From contig JAYOYH010000007.1 of assembly GCA_038153405.1 (NCBI GenBank), forward strand, positions 32,001 to 96,000: 64,000 nt of DNA, given 5' to 3'. Position numbers and translations under genes: made by a program. This document shows positions 57,440 through 64,000 of the stretch, piece by piece; the first letter of the stretch is position 1, and the number at the start of each line of letters is the position of its first letter. A model generated the notes under the pieces. It ran no database searches and was not told the DNA's origin. It saw only the letters and a list, made by a program, of their open reading frames with translations. The DNA comes from Gemmatimonadota bacterium. GTDB lineage: Bacteria > Latescibacterota > UBA2968 > UBA8231.

Positions 57440-59080
57440 ATGTCGTCTTTGTCGCTCGCCCTATGTGGGCTGCTGATGGCCTGTGGCGGCGAGAAGCCGG
57501 CGCCCACACTGCTGGCACGAGTAGGCGATAAGTCCATCCATATCGACGATCTCATTGCTTTTGAGCGCGCCATTGAAAGCGGAGATTCGCTGAGCGCAGA
57601 GGCGCATCGCCAGCACCTTAATACGCTCGTCGATCGCGAAGTGCTGATCTTGGAAGCGCGAGCCCAAGGCTTGGAGACCGATGCCTATTTTCAGCAGGTA
57701 CTGGCTGGTGATATTGAAACTAAACTAGCCGAAATGATGTTTAATCAGGAGGTGGCCGAGCGCTCTGAACCGACGCCGGAAGAAATTGAGGCGGCCTATG
57801 CCACCGGTGATTGGAAGCAGCAGGTCGTAAGCGTTGAGCTGTTCTTGCCCGACGAGGAAACGGCGCTTAGGGTGCGCGCGGAAATTCTCAATGGAATGGA
57901 CATCTTCGAGGCCGGTCGACTCTATTCGGTTGACCGCCTAATGCACATTCCGATGGGCGGTGCTCAGCAGTTTGTCTATTCCAAACAGGATGGACCGGCC
58001 GAAGTCGTTCAGCGCGTTTTTCAGATTCCCGCCGGTAGTATTTCATCGCCTATACCGCTATTTAATGGCTTTGTCCTAGCCTACGTCGCCGAGTACCGCG
58101 ACGTCCAGCGTGCGGAGGTCGCCGACGAATTGGCCCGCTATGTTCGCAAGGAAAAGCGTCGCTTGCTGCGGGGGGCCTATTTGCAGCATTTGAACAAAGC
58201 GCTCAATCTGCAGTTTTCATCGACCGGTTTAGAGCGCGCTGTTGCCCATTTGTCGCAGCTGAAAGCGGACGATTCGACGCCGCTGCCGGCCGACTCCAAT
58301 GCGGTGGTCTATTCGTACGGTGACGCGTCTGCCGACCTGGGGACCGTTGTGGGATTGATGCAGGGTCCGGCGCGGCGCTGGCCCGAAATAAATTCGGAAA
58401 ATATCGTCGCCGAAATAAAGAATACCGTATTGCCGAATCTGCTAATGGCCGCCAATGCGCGCGAACGCGATATCGATTCCTCGCCCGAGTTCCTCGCCTG
58501 GAAGAGCTGGCGCAGCGAGGATTTGCTCCTTTCGCTGCTGCGCAAAACCGTTTGCTCCGGCATCGAGGTGTCAGAAGATGAGGTGGTCTCGCACTATCGG
58601 AAAGTGAGGCGGCGCTTTCGCATTCCCGGCTATGCCCGAGTGCGCGATGTGCTGGTGGCAACGCGGGAGGAAGCTGTTGCGCTCAAAGAGGCCGTTGAAA
58701 ATGGAGCCGACTTTGCCCAGATCATTGAGGAGCATTCCCTGCGCAAGGGCAGCAAAAAAGGCGTGTTTCGCGTCTTTGCCCTACAGGCCAATAAATATGG
58801 CAGCGGGTGGATGAACTACGCGTTTAACGTCCCTATCGGACAGCTTGAGGGGCCCGTGCAGGCCGAAGGGGGATTTTCCCTATTGGAAGTAGTCGAACGG
58901 GTCGATGATGCCTATTATTCCCTCGACGAGTCTAGGGTGCGCTCGGCGGTCACGCGCGATATGCAAAAAATAAAAGAACGCAGCGCGTTTAATGAATTTG
59001 TAAGGGACGTGCGCGCAAGGCGCGCTGAGCAAATTACCCTATACCAAGATCATCTGGCAGCTGTTTGGGAGCGCCCGTAG
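57440..59080 (+). CDS. SurA/PrsA-like lipoprotein with two parvulin-like domains
   Basis: LMAC lipobox; LARVGD..LILEARAQGL; two A...R/K..I/V.NG.D.....(Y/H)S modules. Confidence 0.8.
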   Translation: MSSLSLALCGLLMACGGEKPAPTLLARVGDKSIHIDDLIAFERAIESGDSLSAEAHRQHLNTLVDREVLILEARAQGLETDAYFQQVLAGDIETKLAEMMFNQEVAERSEPTPEEIEAAYATGDWKQQVVSVELFLPDEETALRVRAEILNGMDIFEAGRLYSVDRLMHIPMGGAQQFVYSKQDGPAEVVQRVFQIPAGSISSPIPLFNGFVLAYVAEYRDVQRAEVADELARYVRKEKRRLLRGAYLQHLNKALNLQFSSTGLERAVAHLSQLKADDSTPLPADSNAVVYSYGDASADLGTVVGLMQGPARRWPEINSENIVAEIKNTVLPNLLMAANARERDIDSSPEFLAWKSWRSEDLLLSLLRKTVCSGIEVSEDEVVSHYRKVRRRFRIPGYARVRDVLVATREEAVALKEAVENGADFAQIIEEHSLRKGSKKGVFRVFALQANKYGSGWMNYAFNVPIGQLEGPVQAEGGFSLLEVVERVDDAYYSLDESRVRSAVTRDMQKIKERSAFNEFVRDVRARRAEQITLYQDHLAAVWERP

Positions 59081-59087
59081 CGCGGGT

Positions 59088-59117
59088 CTCGACGGGGGAG
59101 TATTTTCCCACGTCGAG
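59088..59117. other. Intergenic stem-loop
   Basis: CTCGACG-g-GGGA..TTCCC-a-CGTCGAG just after the PPIase stop. Confidence 0.5.
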
Positions 59118-59199
59118 CGGTCTCCATTAGAGTGAGCATGCCGGGCGGCTCAACGCTACCGGAGTTGAGTGGGTTCATAGGCTTCTCCTATCAAGGGAA

Positions 59200-61200
59200 A
59201 TGGATCTGAACGTGGCCGATGCAAGAGGGCAGGAGCGCTTCGAAATAATGCCCGAAGACGCGCCGTTTGAGCCAGGGTTTAATATCAAGACGCTCTGGGC
59301 GGCGCTCTTTGTCGGATTCGTTATGTTGCCGGGGGCTATTTACCTCGGATTGGTGACCGGGCAGAGTATGGCCGGCGGCGCCGAGTGGGTGACGCTCATT
59401 CTCTTTATCGAGATTGCCAAGCGCACCTTTGTCCGCCTGCGCACACAAGAGATTATTATTCTCTACTGGGTGGCCGGTGGCTTGGTGCTGATGGGGGGGA
59501 AGCTAGGCACGGGGGCCGACCTGTTTGGCGGTCCGTTTGGCGTGCTCATTTGGGATCAGTATTTAATTCAATCCCCCCAGGCCAATGGCTTGGCCGAGCA
59601 CATTCCGGATTGGGTCGTGCCGCCGCGCGGATCGGAAGCGCTGCTCGAGCGCAGCTTTCTGCACGCGGCCTGGATCAAGCCGATTTTCATATTGCTCGTA
59701 GCGGTGGTACTACAGCGGATCAATGCCCTCTCGCTAGGCTATGCGCTCTTTCGCATAACCCACGATATAGAGCGCTTGCCCTATCCCATGGCCTATGTGC
59801 AGGCTGGGGGAGCTACCGCTCTTGCAGAAACCTCATCGCAAAAAGAAGGTTGGCGCTGGCACGTATTCAGCACGGGTACTTTTATCGGGGCGGTCTGGGG
59901 TCTGTTGTATGTCGTGGTGCCAACGCTGTCTTCTGTATTTCTCACGGAGACGGTTTCCGTTCTGCCCATTCCCTTTATTGATTTCACGGTGCCCATGAAG
60001 TCGGTGCTGCCGGCTGCAGTAATCGGTTTGGCTACCGATCTCATTCACGTGCTCATTGGATTGGTGCTGCCCTTTTGGGTTGTCGTGGGCGTATTTTCAT
60101 CGTCTATTCTAGCCAATCTGGTGGCCAACCCGCTGCTCTATGCCAGTGGGGTATTGCACACCTGGGAACCGGGTATGTCGGCTATTCCGACGATGATCGC
60201 CAATTCGTTCGACTTTTGGCTGAGCTTCTCCATTGGGGGGGCTATCGTCGTGGCATTGGTCGGTTTTACCACGGCATTTATTTCGCTGCGCGCGGCACAG
60301 CGCTCCGTGGCGCAGCCATCTGATCGAGGCGGTCCCAGCCCCGAGCGCGGCGATATACGCATCGTCTATGCATTGGGTATCTGGGCGTTGAGCACGCTGG
60401 CCTTTGTTGGGATGGTTTACTATCTGGTGCCCCAATTCCCCTGGTGGATAACTGCCTTTTTTGGCTTTGTGTGGACCCCTATTTACTCCTATATCGGCGC
60501 GCGCATGGTCGGTTTAACTGGCAGCCCACAGGGGGTGACTTTTCCCTACCTGCGCGAGGCGAGCTTCTATCTTTCGGGTTATCAGGGCGCGGGGATTTGG
60601 TTTGCTCCCGTACCGATCTTCCAGTGGGGGTATGAGGCGCAGACCTTTAAGCAACTCGAGTTAACGCGCACTCGCTTCGGTTCGCTAATAAAAATGACGG
60701 CCCTGACCCTCTTGGTCATGTTCGTCTGCTCGTTTTTGTTTTGGTCGCTCATTTGGAAATTGGGACCGATTCCCTCGTCGGCCTATCCCTATGTGCAAAA
60801 GCTCTGGCCCTTTCACGCGACGATGCAGGCTTTTTGGGTCAAATCGACGCTGCCAGGTGCCAGTTCGAACCTGCTGACGCAGATCATTCGCTGGGACTAT
60901 ATCGGCATCGGGTTGCTCTTCAGCAGCGTGCTCTACGCCGCCCTCCACGTGCTGCACGCGCCGATGGCTATTTTCTACGGTTTTGTCGCTGGGCTCGGAC
61001 AGTGGCCGCACTTTGTGATCTTAAATTTTATTGGAGCCATGCTCGGGCGCTTTTACCTGCAAAAGCGCTTTGGCGAGGAACGCTGGCGGGCCTATGCGCC
61101 GATTTTGCTGGCCGGCTATTCCTGTGGGGTGGGACTCATTGGCATGAGTTCGATTGCCATTGCCCTGATTTCCAAAGCCGTTTCACAGGTCGTCTTTTAG
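59200..61200 (+). CDS. Polytopic membrane protein, OPT-like 'peptide transporter'
   Basis: 666 aa, many TM helices; FEPGFNIKT, IERLPYPMA. Confidence 0.65.
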   Translation: MDLNVADARGQERFEIMPEDAPFEPGFNIKTLWAALFVGFVMLPGAIYLGLVTGQSMAGGAEWVTLILFIEIAKRTFVRLRTQEIIILYWVAGGLVLMGGKLGTGADLFGGPFGVLIWDQYLIQSPQANGLAEHIPDWVVPPRGSEALLERSFLHAAWIKPIFILLVAVVLQRINALSLGYALFRITHDIERLPYPMAYVQAGGATALAETSSQKEGWRWHVFSTGTFIGAVWGLLYVVVPTLSSVFLTETVSVLPIPFIDFTVPMKSVLPAAVIGLATDLIHVLIGLVLPFWVVVGVFSSSILANLVANPLLYASGVLHTWEPGMSAIPTMIANSFDFWLSFSIGGAIVVALVGFTTAFISLRAAQRSVAQPSDRGGPSPERGDIRIVYALGIWALSTLAFVGMVYYLVPQFPWWITAFFGFVWTPIYSYIGARMVGLTGSPQGVTFPYLREASFYLSGYQGAGIWFAPVPIFQWGYEAQTFKQLELTRTRFGSLIKMTALTLLVMFVCSFLFWSLIWKLGPIPSSAYPYVQKLWPFHATMQAFWVKSTLPGASSNLLTQIIRWDYIGIGLLFSSVLYAALHVLHAPMAIFYGFVAGLGQWPHFVILNFIGAMLGRFYLQKRFGEERWRAYAPILLAGYSCGVGLIGMSSIAIALISKAVSQVVF

Positions 61201-61323
61201 CCCGATTATAGATCGTTATTTATTCGCTGTTTCCACGGCAATACGCCGCTCCACCGATCCCCTTGAGATGCGTTAATGGATGTGAAATGCGAGCCATGCT
61301 GCGCACCATTTTGACGAACCGCC

Positions 61324-63228
61324 ATGACCTATAGATCGTTCATATTGGGCACCTTGGTGGTGCTGGCTGTGGTCTGCGGGGCGCCCTATGCCATCTGGAT
61401 GGTGCGCTCGTCGGAAATCACGTGGTCCTATTTTCCCACCAGCGTTGGCTTTTGCTTTGTCGTCCTCTTTTTGCTCAATGCACTCATACAGAAGGTGAGC
61501 GGTCGGTCTTTTCTACAGCCAAGTGAGTGGGCGATTGTCGTGATTATGGGTTTGGCGGCCACGGGTATACCGACCTTTATCGTCGGCACGCTATTGGCCA
61601 TTATTTCCAGTCCATACTACGGGGCAACGCCCGAAAATGACTGGGAGGGCAATATTCACGCTTTCCTCCCCGACTGGCTGGTGCCTAGCCCCGAAGGCGG
61701 AGCCATGCGCCATTTCTACGAGGGGCTGCCCGCCGGCCAGGAGGTGCCCTTTGACGTCTGGATGGGGCCGCTGTTCTGGTGGCTGAGTCTTATTTTTTCC
61801 ATCTACTTTATCTGCTTTTGCATGGTCGTGCTGTTTCGAAGGCAGTGGGTTGAAAACGAGCGCTTGGTCTTTCCGCTGATGGAAATGCCGCGCCTATTGG
61901 TCGACGAAGATGGTCGTCATCTGCTGCGTTCTAAGCTATTCTGGGCCGGGTGTGCTGTGCCCCTGTCTATGATGCTGTTTAACGTGGTGGGTTATTTCTA
62001 CATTGGGTTTCCGCAAATAAACTTTCACCACCCCGTTACGATCGAGTTGAGTCGCGATTTTCCCGCACTCTCGCTCATGCTCTACTTTCCCGTCATCGGT
62101 TTTATGTATTTGGTGAGCACCTCCGTTTCGCTCAGCATCGTCGTCTTTTACCTAATCGCTGTTCTGCAGGAGGGGATTACCAATCGCATTGGCTACGACG
62201 TGACGCGCCCCGATGCCTGTGTCTGGGGCATGCAGTCGCTTTCCTGGCAGGCGTGGGGCGGATTTACGGCGATGGTGCTGATCAGTTTGTGGATGGCTCG
62301 GCGACATCTGGGCGCTGTCGCTGGCCAGGTCTTTGCCGGGCAAAGGACCGTGGACGATAGCGAGGAGATGATTTCCTACCGCACAGCGGTTTACGGTTTC
62401 CTCTTGGGGTTGCTCTACGTGGTGGGCTGGCTGTGGAAATCCGGTATGGATCTGCACGTCGCCCTGCTCTTTATCGGCGCCGTATTGATCGCCTATTACG
62501 GCGTTACCCGCCTGGTTATCCAGGCCGGCATTTACTTTCTGACCCCCCCAGTGGGTGCCCAAGCATTTGCCCTAGCCATAACCGGCACGAGCATTGGCGG
62601 TCACAACTTGGTTGCTCTGGGGCTCTCCTACGCCTGGTTTGGCGACGTGCAGTCGCTCTTTATGCCGGCGGCTGCGCACGGGGCGCGCCTAGCCGAAATT
62701 TATCGCGTGCGTCGCGGTATGGCTTGGGCGCTGGGGGCGGCCGTGCTGATCGGTTTTGTCGCCAATATCTACTTTGTCCTGACGCTGTGCTACAAGTTTG
62801 GCGCGGGCAATTTTGGCTCCTGGTACTTTGTTGCCGGGGGCGGAGCAGGAGGCATGGCTTTTAACGGAGTCATTCGCCATTTTAACGATCCCTGGCCGAT
62901 GGATGTAAACAAGCTTAGCTACTTTGCCATTGGAGCATGTGCCTACGCGCTGCTGGCATTTTGTCAATATCGCTTTTACTGGTGGCCACTGTCGCCCGTA
63001 GGGATTGCCGTCGCACCACTGTGGATGACGCGTCTGATCGTGTTTTCGGTCTTTTTGGCTTGGGTGAGCAAGAGTGCCATTATGCGCTATGGGGGGATTA
63101 GCGCCTACCGCACGGCGCGGCCATTTTTCATGGGGCTGATCGCGGGTTATTTTCTCGGCGTCGGCATTTCCTACTGCATAGATGCCATTTGGTTTATGGG
63201 GGACGGACACGTTTATTTTCACGGCTAG
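61324..63228 (+). CDS. Polytopic membrane protein, DUF6785/DUF6784-like
   Basis: 634 aa; LPDWLVP..FYEG, RRQWVENERLVFPL, FYWWPLSPVG, RYGG....RPFFMGLI. Confidence 0.7.
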   Translation: MTYRSFILGTLVVLAVVCGAPYAIWMVRSSEITWSYFPTSVGFCFVVLFLLNALIQKVSGRSFLQPSEWAIVVIMGLAATGIPTFIVGTLLAIISSPYYGATPENDWEGNIHAFLPDWLVPSPEGGAMRHFYEGLPAGQEVPFDVWMGPLFWWLSLIFSIYFICFCMVVLFRRQWVENERLVFPLMEMPRLLVDEDGRHLLRSKLFWAGCAVPLSMMLFNVVGYFYIGFPQINFHHPVTIELSRDFPALSLMLYFPVIGFMYLVSTSVSLSIVVFYLIAVLQEGITNRIGYDVTRPDACVWGMQSLSWQAWGGFTAMVLISLWMARRHLGAVAGQVFAGQRTVDDSEEMISYRTAVYGFLLGLLYVVGWLWKSGMDLHVALLFIGAVLIAYYGVTRLVIQAGIYFLTPPVGAQAFALAITGTSIGGHNLVALGLSYAWFGDVQSLFMPAAAHGARLAEIYRVRRGMAWALGAAVLIGFVANIYFVLTLCYKFGAGNFGSWYFVAGGGAGGMAFNGVIRHFNDPWPMDVNKLSYFAIGACAYALLAFCQYRFYWWPLSPVGIAVAPLWMTRLIVFSVFLAWVSKSAIMRYGGISAYRTARPFFMGLIAGYFLGVGISYCIDAIWFMGDGHVYFHG

Positions 63229-63285
63229 TGCGCCGTAGCTGTTGGGGCTATGGTCCCGAATGGGAAGGTTTCGAGGGAGTTGGCT

Positions 63286-64000
63286 ATGAAGAAATTGCTC
63301 AGTGGAGCGGTCCTGGTCTTTGCGCTGGGAATGGTGCTGGCGCTGGCCGTTGGCGATCCGCAGCGGATCAATACGCGAGTAAATGCCTTTTTCGGCTGGG
63401 AGCCAACGCCTCCACGGGCCGAGCGCCTAGTGGGCGAAGAGGAGGCTGGGGCCCTGCGCGCGCTGGTATCGGGCATTCGCCGTCAGGATGTGGCTGCCGA
63501 GATTGAGCATTTTGCCGCTATGGGATCCCGCGTTACGGGCTATCCGGGTGAGCGCCGTGCCTATGAGTATATTCGCGACCGTTTTGCCGAATTGGGGTTA
63601 GATGATGTCCGCAGCGAGGCCTTTTCAGTCACAGTGCCCATTGACAAGGGAGGGCAATTGCACCTTCCCAACGGTCAGGTAAAAGAGCTCTACAGCCTGT
63701 GGCCCAACGGCGTGCGCACGCCTTCGCTGCCGGCTGGCGGCATACGAGGGCCGCTGGTATATGGCGGCAAGGGAACGCTGGAAGAGGTGGACGGTAAGGT
63801 GCTAGACGGCGCGATCGTCTTACTCGATTTCGACGGTGGGCAAAACTACTTGAACCTGGCCACGCTGGGAGTTCGAGCGGTCGTCTTCTTCGACAACGGC
63901 GGCGTCAATCGCGAGCAGGCCGCCGACAAATTTCTCAAGGTCTCGGTCGACGTCCCGCGGTTTTGGATCGAGCGCCAAGATGCATTGGCGTTGGTAGACG
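63286..64000 (+). CDS. Exported protein with M28-peptidase/PA-like N-terminus (3' partial, absent from the ORF track)
   Basis: GAGGGAG RBS; frame open to the window end: MKKLLSGAVLVFALG..GSRVTGYPGERRAYEYI..LWPNGVRT..GPLVYGGKG..GAIVLLDF. Confidence 0.75.
   Translation, partial: MKKLLSGAVLVFALGMVLALAVGDPQRINTRVNAFFGWEPTPPRAERLVGEEEAGALRALVSGIRRQDVAAEIEHFAAMGSRVTGYPGERRAYEYIRDRFAELGLDDVRSEAFSVTVPIDKGGQLHLPNGQVKELYSLWPNGVRTPSLPAGGIRGPLVYGGKGTLEEVDGKVLDGAIVLLDFDGGQNYLNLATLGVRAVVFFDNGGVNREQAADKFLKVSVDVPRFWIERQDALALVD

Overview
GC-rich bacterial chromosome segment. An FCB-superphylum origin (Latescibacterota-like) is inferred from the region-1.1-less RpoD-type sigma, PorV-like barrel, FlgD/CTD-type domain, SWGxIK C-terminus and CRTAC1/sulfatase/PhyH content. 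1-23 kb is housekeeping and catabolic: TMTC-like TPR gene, lepA-lepB-hemW plus an SLBB/Wzz export pair, FlgM-like small ORF, tRNA-Tyr, sigma factor, mdh-to-sulfatase run, argG, antiporter and SDR. 23-28.5 kb holds a divergent ExbB/ExbD-like module and two coiled-coil genes. 28.6-37.9 kb is a CRTAC1(ASPIC/UnbV)/TPR/HEAT cluster. The main candidate for an undescribed system spans about 37-64 kb around a divergent promoter at about 40.3 kb. It encodes a CBM9-like exported protein with a SWGRIK tail, two paralogous ~1000-aa putative outer-membrane barrels with Asp-rich inserts, paralogous lipoproteins, a CTD-bearing cargo beside a PorV-like barrel, a 1090-aa TPR protein, ExbB with two ExbDs (one with Asn at the essential Asp), a TonB-like DUF4159 protein, a degenerate PPIase, and an OPT-like/DUF6785-like/M28-like inner-membrane module running off the window end. 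No CRISPR array, rRNA or mobile element was seen. All family calls are by motif recognition, not database search.
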